A DNA stretch of 64,000 bases from the NCBI RefSeq assembly GCF_016433145.1, contig NC_058132.1:27104158-27168157 (forward strand). The letters run 5' to 3'. Under the pieces are notes generated by a model. It saw only the letters and a program-made list of their open reading frames with translations, had not been told where the DNA came from and searched no databases. Made by a program: the position numbers and the translations under genes. The first letter of the stretch is position 1. Each line of letters begins with the position of its first letter. This DNA is from Gracilinanus agilis (taxonomy: Eukaryota). Below, in pieces: positions 1-11,899 of the stretch.

Positions 1-260
1 AGAGAGAGAGAAGAGAGAAGAGAGAAGAGAGAAGAGAGAGAGGAGAGAAAGAAAGAAGAGAGAGAGAGAAGAGAGTCCAGAGAGAGTCCCAGGGGAGGGG
101 AGGAGGCAGGGGATGGGAAGAGGAGAGGACTAAGCCACCTTGGCAGTAGAGGGATCTAGAAGAGAAGGGGAGGCAGGCCTGTAGAATGGAGAGAAAAGGT
201 CCTTTCCCACCTCCCCTCCACCTTCCCTGGATGGAACCCAGAACAAGGGGCAGGACTTAC

Positions 261-293
261 CTCTGTGGGGTTCCTGCAGGCCTTCAAGATTCC
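261..293 (-). CDS. PPP1R14A: PPP1R14A coding exon 3 (GILKACRNPTE); the gene continues beyond the left window edge
   Basis: 33-bp exon flanked by tttcag and gtaagt on the minus strand, phase 0/0; aligns with human GLLKSCGKPVE. Confidence 0.92.
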
Positions 294-781
294 CTGAAAC
301 CCCACCAAAAAAGTACATGAAATACACAGACCGATCTCTCCCCCACCCATATGCTATTCATCTGTACCCCCAGCTCCCATCATGACAGCAGGGTCTCAGA
401 GAAATGGGAAGAGAAGTTTTCCAGAGCAGGGATAGAAGTGCTTCTCCCCAAGTGTGAGGGGAAACTTGAGAGGGACAGCTCCAAAATCATCTAGCTTTTC
501 AGCTTCTCTTGCCCTATTCTTCTCAAGGTGCTTGTTCCCTAGGTCTCTCTCTGTCTCTCTCTGTCTCTGTCTCTCTCTCTCTCTCCTTTCATCTCCCTCT
601 CTCCCTCCCTTTCTCCTTTTCCTCCTCTCTCCTTCCTTCCCACCATCCCTTTCTCCTTCTCTCCCTTCCCCTTTCTCCCTCCATCTTTCTGTCTCTTTCC
701 CCTGCCCATCCTCTAAGACCCCTTCCCATTCCTATGTGTCAGGCACTATGTTAAGCACCAGGGATATTAAATGAGAGGAAA

Positions 782-987
782 GGGGACAGCCGGGGGGTGG
801 CTCAGTGGATTGAGAGCCAGGCCTAGAAATGGGAGGTCCTGGGTTCTAATCTGATCTCAGACACTTCCTAGCTGTGTGACCCTGGGCAAGTCACTTGACC
901 CCCATTGCCTAGCCCTCACCACTCTTCTGCCTTGGAACCAATACAGAGTATTGATTCCAGGATAGAAGGTAAATAAATACATAAATA
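782..987 (+). mobile_element. Opossum SINE1-type tRNA-derived SINE inserted in an L2 3' fragment
   Basis: A-box tggctcagtgg, B-box-like ggttctaatc, core gtgtgaccctgggcaagtcac; target-site duplication AGAGGAAA at 774-781 and 988-995. Confidence 0.88.
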
Positions 988-1047
988 AGAGGAAAGATAG
1001 CCTCTGCCCTCAGGAAGCTTTCAGTCTGATGGGGGAAAGCCACCAAC

Positions 1048-1128
1048 CTGAATTTTTTTGCTTCTCTCCTCTTCACTCTCTAGTTCCAATAACTCATCAA
1101 TGTTGACCTCATCAGGCATGTCTTCCTC
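1048..1128 (-). CDS. PPP1R14A: PPP1R14A coding exon 2 (EEDMPDEVNIDELLELESEEERSKKIQ)
   Basis: 81 bp, AG/GT flanked, phase 0/0; near-identical to the CPI-17 sequence MPDEINIDELLELESEEERSRKIQ. Confidence 0.96.
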
Positions 1129-3265
1129 CTGTAAGGTCAGGGATCAGTTGGGGTTTGGGGATCCCCAAATCTTTTATCTTCCTCTTCTTCTCGTCCCCTA
1201 CCAAAACTCTTCCACTTCCTGTCCCTCTGGGACCCAGAGAATACCAGAGCCCCTTCCTTCTTGGGGTGGCGAGGAGGACCCGCTGACTCATCTCACTCCA
1301 GGCTGGAGCATGTGCTATGCAGAGATGGTACTACCAGGCATGACCATCTGGTACAAGCACTAAGAGAAGGCACCCGGCCCGCCTGGCCCGCCTGCCCCCC
1401 CCCATACAATAGGGCCCCCTACCACTGCCACTGAGCCCTTCCTATGCCTTGTCTGGTTCCCCTCCTTTCCAAACCTGGCCTTCCTAGTCAGGAAGCTCCT
1501 CAGGACCCCAGCTCTGCCCACACCTCTGTCTCTGGCTGGTGGGTTTATGAGCGATTGTGCTCCTTACATCTGATCGGATGTGTCCTGGAAGGGTCCAAGA
1601 TTAAGACCCAGACCATCTTGGGAACTTCCCACAAAGAAGAGTATGTGGGTGGGGAGGCAAAGAGGGGTCCTCAGGGCAAATGGGGGGCAGAAGAATTCTG
1701 TGTCCAAGCTGGAATCCCAGAGCCAGCCAGAAAGCAGGATCAGTCCTGCCTGGGAATGCCAGGGCCTGGATTTGAGGTTGAGGGGTGGGGGTGGGGAGAG
1801 ATAAGTCTCCTGGGTCCCCAGCCAGAGGCCCCTGACTCTGCCCTTTCATGGAAAAGTCTGAGCTGGGGAGGAAGGAGGGAGGCGGGGGAGGGGAGAGTTG
1901 GAATGGAACTGGAGCTGTTCCTGTGGATCCCAGCTCCAGGATGCCTGGGTCCCCTTGGGGCTCTGGGGAGTGGGAATGGAAGACAAGGCACTTGGCCAAA
2001 GAATTCAAGACAGGGCCTGAGGTCATTCCGGTACCCCTCTACCACCCCAGGATGATGCTGTGTGTCCCCAGGAGAGGTCTCTGCTGTCTCTGATCACCCT
2101 ACAGGGTGGGGAGGATTGGGGGGGCACCTGGCAGTTCTTAGCACTGGGGTCTGGGCTGTCTGCCCAGTCTCTCATCTGGCTTCCAGCCAGCCTCCAGGGA
2201 CAGGGCCCAGCTGTGCCCCAGGGAGAAGAGACAGGAGGCAGGGGGAAGCAGGGGGACTGCCTTGGGGCTGTCTCCTGGCTCTACCTCCCCCCAATCCTCT
2301 TGGGGGGGGCTTGTGGGGGTGGGGTGGGGTGGTGGTGGAGGCTGGATCAGATTGGGAGATCAAGAGCTCTGGCTTCTGGAAATCTTCCAGCCCTTCCCCC
2401 AAACACCAAACATTCTCTTTTTGCTTCAGGCGGAAAGAAGTGTTGTTTACATGGGTTCCTGCTGGCTTGGGAGCCGGGCCCAGGACCCTGCAAATGGCTC
2501 TCGAACCTTCAGTATGTCCAGAGATGGAGTCCTCGTGTTAGCTCCGGGGAAAGCCCCCCAAAGCTAGTCCCCTGTGCCTTCTTGGATAGCGCTGTGGTCC
2601 TGGGTAGCTACTTTCTGTGAGAGCGTCTCGGAGCTGTTTCTTCGTCTGTGTGTCCCTCCAGATGTGTTTAGGACTCCCTTGTGTCCCAGCCCACCCAGGG
2701 CCCACGTTGGCCACCACAAAGTTTGGCCCTGAGCCTTTGTATCCCCGAGTCACCGTCTCTGAGATGCTCGGGATAAAGCCGTTTCTCATCTCTCCAGCAG
2801 CCCTTCCCTGGTCCTTGTCAAACCCAGGGCCCCACGGGTGGGGCCATTAGAAAGGGGATGGGATGACGGAGGAACTGGGGTGGGGGGCGGGTCCCTCTGT
2901 CTGGCCCTAGTGAGGAGAGGTTGGTAGCAGCAAAGTGGAGGGAGGTTATGGGGGAGAGGAGAACGGAAAGGGTAGGATAGGAATAGACAGTGGGAGGGCA
3001 AAGGCAGCCACCCAACATTTGGGGACAAGTTAAGCTTCTCTGAGCTTCAGTTTTCCTATCTGCCAAATTGGTGGGGGAGGCGCTGCTAGATTTTCTCTAA
3101 GGTCCTTTTGCGTTCCAAGTTTCGTACATTCTTAACATTGCAAGATGACGAGGAACCACCCTGAAAGGAAATGTGAGCGACCCCTCCCCAGGCTTGGGTC
3201 CTCTGAATCCCCCTCCCCGTCGGTCCTGGGAACCCTCCTCCTCCTCCCCGACTCTCTGGCCTCAC

Positions 3266-3469
3266 CCGGCCCTGGTACAGCTCCTCCAGGCGCCCGTCGA
3301 TCCACTTCTCTACGTCCAGCCGCCTCTGTAGCTCCCGCCGATCGTACTTGACCGTGACTCGGGCGTGTCGCTTCTGCAGACCCCCAGGGCTACCACCAGG
3401 ACTGCCCCCGGCCCGGGAGGGTGACTGCAGCTTGCTCAGGACCCGCTTGCCGAGCCGCTGAGCAGCCAT
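3266..3469 (-). CDS. PPP1R14A: PPP1R14A (CPI-17, PKC-potentiated PP1 inhibitor) coding exon 1, 68 aa
   Basis: MAAQRLGKRVLSKLQSP...HARVTVKYDRRELQRRLDVEKWIDGRLEELYQGR, then a gtgag donor; contains the inhibitory phospho-Thr motif ARVTVKY (T39 here, human T38). Confidence 0.98.
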
Positions 3470-3700
3470 CCCCGGTGGTGGCCCCCCTAGGGATGAGGAT
3501 AAACTGGAGAGGCAGCAGCCGGCAGCTCTTAAAAGGGGGGGTGGGGTGGAGGGCGAGAGGAAGGGGGCGGGACCCGGGAGGAGGGGGAGGAGATGGGAGA
3601 AAGGGCCGGGAGCAGGATCCAGGAACAGGAGGGCCCGCCCCCATCTCCCAACACGGTTAGCTCCCCCGCCACCCCCCGCACCCCCTCAGGGCCCTCTCTG
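3470..3700 (-). promoter_or_regulatory. PPP1R14A proximal promoter, GC-rich
   Basis: CpG-rich; GC boxes GGGGCGGG (about 3564) and CCCGCCCC (about 3633); TATA-like TTTTAA about 60 bp upstream of the ATG on the minus strand. Confidence 0.6.
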
Positions 3701-4417
3701 GACGCATCTCAGTGCTCGCTGGGGACCCAAGAGGCCGGATCAACCCCAGTGGCGATGGGGGTTCCCGGGGTCTGATCTCTATCCCACCTCCACCCTGTGA
3801 TCTGGCCCTCCTTCGGGGGAGCTGTTTATTCTGCTTCTGATGCACTGCACACAGCTGGAGCCAGCTGTTCCCGGAGGGGCTGGGCCCTCCGGGGGCGGGG
3901 TTGGCTTATCCCCAGTGGGGCTTCCCTGACCTCTGGTGGAGGACAGGCGGAGGTGGTAGTTTTCTTTTACCTACTAAGGTACTCCGCCTCCAGGCCGATA
4001 CCTGGATACCTGCGATTTGTCCTTTCTTAGTCCAGAGATCCAGAGCTCTCTTTGCCAGGTCCCCCCACCCGCATTTATGAGAGAATGTTGACTTGGGCTC
4101 CACTGACGGAAAGGGTGTGAATGGGTTTAGAGCCCTCATCCTGAGAGCTGCTTTCCTGATTCCCCTAGTATTCCCCTTCCCATTATTTGTAACTGGCATT
4201 TACTAATGGAGGATGTACTGTGTCCCCTTTCCCTCTCGAATGCCAGCTCCTTGAAGGGAAGTATTGCCTCGCTTTTGGTTTGGATGCTTGGCATTCTCTC
4301 TCGTACCTTCTGTCTTAGTATCAACTCTAAGACAGAAGAGCTGCAGGGGCTAGACGATCGGGGTTCAGTGACTTGCCCAGGGTCACACAGCTAGGGTGAG
4401 TGCTTGGCATTCTAAAT

Positions 4418-4518
4418 AGTGTTCCGAAAATCTTAGGGCAGTTTTAAGTCGTTCAAACTTAACCATTTAATGCTAAAATCATTTAATGGCTTAAATGGAC
4501 CTAAAACTTTTGGGACAC
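4418..4518. mobile_element. Degenerate short palindromic DNA-transposon MITE, mariner-like
   Basis: Imperfect ~26-bp terminal inverted repeats (gtgttccgaaaatcttagg / cctaaaacttttgggacac); flanked by the direct repeat ATTCTAAAT. Confidence 0.45.
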
Positions 4519-5697
4519 ATTCTAAATGTGTGTTGGTTGAAGATTTACGTATTAAAGTAACTATCTCATTCGATCCTCCATGCAACTCTGCGAGGTGGAG
4601 GAGTAGCATTATTCCCTTTTCACAGATGGGAATATCTGAAGCTGAGTATCAGAGAGGACCCTTGCCCAGGGTCACAGAGTGAATAAGTAATATAGGCAGG
4701 ATCAGAACCTGTCTCTCGCCTCTGGAACCCAGAGCTGCTTCTTACTAGGCACAAGACTCTAATGAATAGAGAGCAGAGGAAACGGGTCTAAGCAGTCTGC
4801 TCCCCAAGCCTAAAACTTGCACGGAAGGTAGCTATTTGCATTGGAAGAGGGCGTTCCCTTACTTGGCAGTTCCCTATATTAATGAAATTAGAGCTCCAGT
4901 CTGTCGATCAACCAGAATGTCTTTTTAAAATATATTTCGTTAAAGATTTCTCAATTACATAAAAATATATTAATTGATGAAAAAATTGAGTTCCAAATTC
5001 TCTCCCACCCTTCCCCCACTCGATGAGGCGAGCGATAAATATGACATCGATCATACATTCAACAAGCATTTATTGAGCACCCCCTTACATGCCAGACACT
5101 GTTTTGTTTTGTTTTGTGAACTCTTGCCCTCCGTCTTGGAATCTATACTGTGTTACTGTGTATTAGTTCTAAGACAGAAGAGCTGTAAAGGTTAGTCTAC
5201 GGGGTTTAAGAGACTTGCCCAGAGTCACAAAGCTAGGAAGTGTTTGAGGTCATATTTGAACCCAGGACCTCCTGACTCGGGCCACAAACAGCAAGTTTAT
5301 CCCGTAAAGGCGGAGACAGGAACAGCTTAGTCCTCTCTCTACATTATCTTTTCCAAAGACTAGGATTCCCTGAGAGTAGAAAAGCTCCAAAAGTGGGGGG
5401 ACAGCCAGAAGAGGAAGAGTTAGGTCTTTCGCTGGAGGTCGGAGTTCTAAGGCTGAGCCTCAGAAAACTCGCGACATTCTCCTGAAGGCGGGACTCAGGT
5501 GCCCAAAGAAAGGAGGAGGCAGGGAGGTGCTACAGGAGCAGACGGGGCGGGGGGAAAAGGGGGACAACTGCGCCTGCGCCAAGGTGTATGTATGTACCAT
5601 GTCCCCGCCTCTTCTTCCTCGCCCAGAGAAGAGAGAAGGGGACATTAAGAGGGGAACCAGCGGCTTTTGGTGCGGAGGGCTACGAAGTTAGCAGCAT

Positions 5698-5873
5698 GCG
5701 CATGCGCATCGCCTCCGCCCTCTCCTAGGTGCTCGCGGTCCCGCCCTTTCCCCCACACGGAGAGAGGGGGAAGGAGCCTAGAGCGGCATTCAGGTGCGAA
5801 AGACTGCCAGGTTAGCGGCCCGCGCACGCGCAGCGTCTCAGTCCTCGCCTAGGTGCGCAAGACCACGCCCTTT
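5698..5873 (+). repeat. Imperfect 52-bp direct duplication (5698-5749 and 5822-5873)
   Basis: Ungapped manual alignment gives 40/52 identities; shared GCGCAYGCGCA, CCTAGGTGC and CGCCCTTT. Confidence 0.8.
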
Positions 5874-6094
5874 TTTCCACCTACCGGCTGCTCCGTTCGG
5901 CTACGCCTTGCGCACTGGGGCTCAGAAGGTGGGGCGCGCGCGCAGCGGCCGGACGGGTCCTGGGGCTACAGTGAGCTCGCTCTCTCGCCCTTGCGCACGC
6001 CGGGGCCACAGCCAGACCCCCCCCCCTCCGACGTCCTCGGCGGCCCACGCTACCCCCAACTTCGGCCTACGGCGGCGGGCGACGCGAGTCTCTT

Positions 6095-6325
6095 TCTTCG
6101 AATCTCCCCCGCACCCACCTGAGCGAGAGCCGCGAAGGTCGACCAATCGGCGGCAGTGGCGGCCGGAGCCTCTCCGACCGAACCTCCCCCGCCCCCACCT
6201 GCGGAGACCGACCAATCAGCGGCAGCGGCAGCTGAATTCCTCTCTGACCGAACTGCCCACGCCTCCACCTGCGAAGACTGACCAATCGGCGGCAGCGGCT
6301 ACGCGGACCCCTCTTTCCGACCCTT
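6095..6325 (+). repeat. Three tandem copies of a ~70-bp GC-rich unit, plus a partial copy upstream
   Basis: GACCAATCRGCGGCAG recurs at 6141, 6210 and 6280; CCACCTG and (T/C)GACC flanks recur with similar spacing. Confidence 0.88.
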
Positions 6326-6383
6326 AGCTACAGCAACGGTCCTCGGCTGCGGCTCGCGCGGGACGGTCGGAGCACGGCCTGGG

Positions 6384-6513
6384 ATGGGGCAGCAGCCGCA
6401 TTTCCCGGCCCTGCTCCCCCTGCTGGGGGTCCTGCTTCTGGCCGGGGCAGCCTGGAGCTTCGACGATCTCCCCGCCAGCCCTAGGGGAACGGAGGAGCCA
6501 GCCAACCTTCAGG
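6384..6513 (+). CDS. SPINT2: SPINT2 exon 1 (signal peptide MGQQPHFPALLPLLGVLLLAGAAWS...)
   Basis: ATG in a CpG island, hydrophobic signal peptide, G|gtgag phase-1 donor that is in frame with the Kunitz-1 exon. Confidence 0.9.
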
Positions 6514-9500
6514 GTGAGGAAGGCGGCGGCAGGGCGACTTGGGAGCAGTCCTGGGGGGGGGGGAGGCCCACCCCTGCTCCTGCCCACAGTCTGCAGGGGA
6601 AGTTGCGGGGGAAGAGGGGAACAAGGTGGGCCCGGAGGGGGCGCCCTGGAGGAAGCTGGGGTTTGAGAAGCGGAAAAGGAGGAGGGGCTTGGAGGCCGGG
6701 AAAGGGTGGGGGGTTGGGCCAAAGACGGACAGCTTGGCTTGAGACTAGCACACTGCAAGGTTTGGACTCGGAGATAGGAAAACTGAATAGCACCTCAGAC
6801 GCTAGCCGTGGTGACCCTGGACAAGTCATTTAACCCTTCGGCCTCGGTGTCCCTATCTGGAAAACCAAATGGGAGAACTAATGGCACTTACCTTACAGGG
6901 TTGGTGTGGAGAAAAAAATGAGAAAATATCGGGTGTCAATTTATTTGTAACTCCGAAAAGTGCTCGTATCAATGTTAGCTGTGATCGTAGGTACCATGAT
7001 GGATTGACCGTAGCTTTCCAGTTTGGGGTATTGGACACAAGTGCCGGTCTGTGTCCTTTGAGGGAGGCAAGTGCCCCAAAAGGAAATAAATTTCTCAAGT
7101 ACCTTAGACCAGAAGAAGCTCTAGGAAATAGTAGCATTGTCATAGCGTGGAAGAGCTGCAAAGATAGGGATGGGCCTTGGAAGTAGCCTCGGACACTATG
7201 GGTCGGGCAAGAGAACTTTGGTTTTGACTGTATTGTTGATGGAAACAGCAGGAAAATTAGTCGGCAGGGTTAGAAAGATTCATGAGTAGCTGGAGCAGGG
7301 TCCAGAAATAGGTCACAGAGAGCACAAGCAAGTCATAGTGGAGAAATGCTTTCTCCAGATGAGACATTGAGAAAGGGGTGTTTGATCACTGGTGTTGTTC
7401 CTCTCCTGACTATTCCTCTGTTATATAGTTTGGTTCCACCTGCCAAAACTTCTGCTGTAACTTATCAAATTTCCTTTGAGCCATCTGAGATAAGAGTAGC
7501 CAAAGATAGTCATCGCCCATTTGGAAGCTTAGCCTACCTGCTTGGGCCTCAAGTTGAACTGATCAGGTCTAGCCAGCCTCCTTTCAAAACGTGAACAAGC
7601 AAACAAGTCCGTCCCTCCTCCCCCACAGCCTACAAACTTGGGAATGATTCCATTTGACTTTGAAGAGTTGTAGGGTAGCAGATCATGTTTGCATACCTGC
7701 TGACCTCTTTTTTTAAAAAGTATTTCACAGTTGCACTGGTTGAACTTAGGGTTTTCTTATCTAAGGTCAGGTTTATTCGCACAGTCTGAGTACAGTATAG
7801 CCTCAGGTAGTAAGAAAGATGTTCCCCATTTCCACATTCACCAGGTGAGCAGAACTAAATTTTTCTGGATTTAAAGGAAAATAGGTGTGCTTTCTGTTTG
7901 AAATAGTAGGCTTGAAGAAGTCTGTCCTGGGATGGGTAGAAGAATTAGGCACCTGAGTCACTTTGGTGAAAAGAGGGGCTGAAAATTTAAACATTTATAA
8001 TATGCTCGTTATGATCACAGAGAAACTGGAAAGTGGACATTTTGTAGGAATATGCCTAATTATAATAAGCAAAAGGCAATCTGGCCAAGAAGACTTTGTC
8101 ATTTTCCAAATTGGAGGCTAAGAAACTACTTAGAGCAGTCAGTTATAGGATAGTTAGTCTTGGGTTCCTGGGCCTTGTGGTAGCTGTCCATCACATCGGG
8201 AACAAGCTTGGGCTAATTAACACCAAAGATGTGGTTTTCTTTCTTGTCTGATTCTTTAGTGGACTTTTGAGTTAAATTGATGGCGTCACGCCAACTGGGC
8301 CTCCACATCAACCTTCAAAGTGGCCTGAAGTTTATAGGGAATTTCTCAGGAAGCCTAGTTTCTTTTTGTTGATTTTTATCCAGTGGAAGTAAAGAAAAAA
8401 GCTCTAAGGAGTCCCAGGTTATGGGAACAAGGGATTTGGAGTCTCTTGATTTTGTCTTGGTTGTCATTGACTTGACATGTCACTTTACCAATGTACCTTA
8501 GATTCTCAGTCAACCAAAGAATAAGGACTAGGCTTTTTTTAAGGACCCTTTTTGATTTTACAATCAGATTATTTTAACTTTATCTCCTGAGCTTTGAGAG
8601 AGGGAACTTTTCAACAGATAAATAATAAGGGTGATATTCAAACTTGAAGGCACCATACAGGTCGTCTAACCCTCTAGTTTGATAGATGAAGAAGCTGAGT
8701 GACTTCCCCAACATCTGGTTTCAGGCTCATGGTGCCTTTTTCTGTATCACATGTTTGTATACAAATTTTCTGGTTGGTTATTGTGTATCCAACTTCTGCA
8801 CTGAGAATTTACACTGTTCTTTAAGTTTGTCTGGTGATCTTTGGAATCAGTAGATAGTTTCTAGCATTAATTTGGCAACTTAGCTTTAATGTATTAAGGC
8901 AGCCTGTTTGATGTAGAAGAAAGCTTAGTTACCGTGTTTGAGGTCATAATGGAGTCCTTTCACAAATGAAACCGGACTTTCAGGTTGCTACGCCTGCCAT
9001 TTTGAAATCCTTTTAGGTTGACTGCTGCTGATTGTTGGGATTCAGGGGTGGGGGTGGTCTGTGGTGATGGGAAACACATAATTTAGAAACCGACTCTGCA
9101 AAGTCCCCAGAACAAAGAGTTAGTTCCTTTGCTTTGTTTTGGAGCTGCCCGCCATGTCTGGATGGACACCTGGCTCCTCAGCACCAGAAACATTCCTTTC
9201 TGATTTGTCAGGGCCTTTTTAGAGCAATCCTTTAGCTTGTGATGGGGAGAGCAGAGCTTTTCTTTTTTCTTCCCACTCTCCTGACCTAAACTTTGCTTTT
9301 TTTTATCCGACTCCAAGGTCTGTAGTAAGCCCCAAACAATTGGTAGCCCTGGAATGGACTGGAGTGAAGGTACTCCTCTGGCCAGGGCCCTGGTAAGCAA
9401 GTAAGTTAGCCTTTGCTTGGCCTTGTCTCTGGCTGGATGTGAAGGAATGCTTAGCCAAATAAGGAATCGAATAGCTTATGATTCATGGGAGTTGGAGATT

Positions 9501-11899
9501 GCCTACTGTGTCCAACTAAAATGACTTCATTAACTCCGTGCTGTTCCCTGAAAGCCATATCATCTTGGGGATATGGATGCCGACTCCCTGGTGACTCCCC
9601 TAGAGCCTCAGGAAATCTAGATTGTGAGTGGTGCTGCTTTTTTAAAGTCCAAAATAAGGATCGCGTTTCACTCTGGGGGTGCTACCTTTCACAACTTTGT
9701 GAACGCTTGCAGTGCTATCTACTTGCACTAAGGAACTTTTAGAGTTTACTAGAATGGCCATTTAAGATAGAATAGTAATATATTTTTTTTAATTTTTTTT
9801 TTTTAGTAATATATTTTTAATAATGCAAGTGTCAGTAGTGGGACTGAGAGCAATTTAGTGTGGTGGGAAAAACTCTGAAGTAGGAGTCAGGCAGTCTGGA
9901 GTTTAGCACTCACTGTTTTAAGTCACTTTTTGGGACCTCCTCACTTTCCTCATCTGTAAAATAAGGGGATTTCTTAGCCAAAGTGACTGATATCTAAGGA
10001 ACCTTCAAGGGCTTATGTTCTCCGATGGAAAAGCTTATATATATGTGCGAGTACTTTCCAGCTGGAACATTCTAGGACTAGTGATTTAAATGTGGTTCAG
10101 CAGAGTTTGGCATTGCCGGAACATGAGTCAAATGAAAAGTTTGTTTTTGTTTTTAAAAAACAAGGCCCATATTCTTGGCACATTGCTTAGTTTGTTGTTG
10201 GGACTGTGGCTATAGAAGGTAAAAGAGAGGTTTTCCAGTTCAGTTTCAGAGCTGGTAGCTTGTTCAGGGTTGAGATATGGTATGAATCATTTAAAATATA
10301 TCATGGAAGCAAGCAGATTTTTCTGACTTTGGTAAGATAGTTTAGACCTTCTGCTGAACATTGATGATCTTTATAATTCACTTTTGGTTTGTCGGCAGAG
10401 ATGCTATTCTTATTCCCATAAAGATCTGAATTGTTTGGAAAGTTTCTGACCTGCCTGCTTGCCGTGGTAATGATGACTACCAGACCTACAAGAGGAAGTG
10501 GAGCTAGTAGATTCCTGCAATGGAATTAGCTATTTGGGATCCAGATTGATCAACCTGCCAGATAGGTGGAGTTAAGAGTTCATCTTGGAACAGAATAGAA
10601 GAATTAAGCAAATAACTGCTTTGAACTTTGCAAATGATTACTTTTATTGGAAATGAAGGCAGGCTTGTCTGATCGTCCAGCTCCTAGCAGCTGAGAGCTT
10701 TCAGGTATTGTAGGTTTACAAAGGACTTCCTCCATGTAGGCTTTAAGGATCTTTTCCTCTTTAGTGAGGAAAAGAATATTTTAAAGTCTTAGTAAGTAGA
10801 GTATGATTCTGGGGGCCTCTCGTTCTGTTCTGTTCCCAGCATCACCTTTGTGCAGTGATAGATACCTAATGACCACGTCGATGTATTTGTTGTTTAAAAA
10901 ATTATTTTATTTGGACGAACTGCAGGGGAGTTTGTTTGAATAAAAAGTCTGATTTGGGGGGTTTAGGGTGGCCTGGTATCCTGCCACGTACATCACTAGT
11001 CACTTAAGCCTCTTCATTTTCCTTCTGTCTCTCTTCTCCAGTCTTCCTACTTGGAAAGATTTCTTCCTAATTGGTATTCTCCCTTCTTGCCACTGCCACT
11101 CCCTCCTCAGCTCTACCTCTGAAAATTGCTGGCTTCTGCAGGAGGGCTTTCTAAGGCATTCCAATCTTCCCCCCCTTTGAGGCTTCTCTAAGGTTACCTT
11201 TCATCAACCCTCTACAAGTATGAACTTATCTACATATTGTCTCTTTCCCCATTAGAAATAAACTCTGTGGGGATAGGAACTAGTTTGCTTTTCGTTGTCT
11301 CCCTAGCACTTAGCACTATGCCTGGCACATAGTGATTGCCAAAAATTAAGGGCAGCTTTCCTATTACACCCCAGCTCAGAATCCTTCAGAACCTCCCTTC
11401 ACTTACTCCCATCTAAATTTCTGCCTGGCTTGCTAGGCCCTTCGTTACCCAGCTACAACCTTTACTTCTCATTTCTCCCATCTCCCAGAGCCTCTCACCA
11501 GCTTCAGCCTGACCTCTTTATGACCATATTCAGTTCCTAGACCTGCCTCCTGCCTTCTCAATTCCCCTTCCTGGCTCTCTTTTCCCTCAAAAGGTTTCTA
11601 CAGTGTTTGGAGGCACCCACACAATTTAGGACTTAATTATGTTGTCTCAGAGTGTGTGTTTGTTTGAAGTGTTTCTAGTTCTGCTTCCCCAACTGCTGGA
11701 CCATTAAGTTTCTTGAGGCAAATAATGGCTCTTGCTAGCTTCGTGATAGCCCCTAGTGGTAGAGCACTTTCTTTGTATCAGAGCCTTCCGTGCCACTGGG
11801 GATATAAAAGCAAAAATTAAATAATCCTTGCTCTCAAAGAGCTGAAGTTTTACTGGGGAAGACAACTTATATACACATAAATAACACAACCAAGGTATT

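Larger units (their letters stand above)
5500..6700 (+). promoter_or_regulatory. SPINT2 CpG-island promoter
   Basis: Very high CpG density; NRF1-type GCGCATGCGC at 5698; CCAAT boxes at 6143, 6212 and 6282; CACCTG E-boxes at 6116, 6196 and 6266; lies directly upstream of the ATG at 6384. Confidence 0.85.

Noticed and set aside
454-774. ORFs over the CT-rich tract
   Set aside because: Low-complexity intronic pyrimidine repeat in PPP1R14A intron 2.
782-860. tRNA-like A and B boxes here and in other SINE heads
   Set aside because: These are SINE internal Pol III promoters; no full cloverleaf tRNA gene was seen.
3061-3072. CCAAATTGG as a possible CArG box for smooth-muscle expression of PPP1R14A
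   Set aside because: It has only five A/T bases between CC and GG, so it is not an SRF consensus.
6095-6325. Regularly spaced repeats resembling a CRISPR array
   Set aside because: Eukaryotic context; the whole unit is homologous with no unique spacers, and there are no cas genes. It is a tandem duplication.
5794-6833. Several 70-177 aa ORFs on both strands
   Set aside because: Expected stop-codon depletion in a CpG island; only 6384-6513 is supported as coding.
10460-10570. C-box-like ATGATGA in SPINT2 intron 1 (possible snoRNA)
   Set aside because: No matching CTGA D box or terminal stem at a suitable distance.
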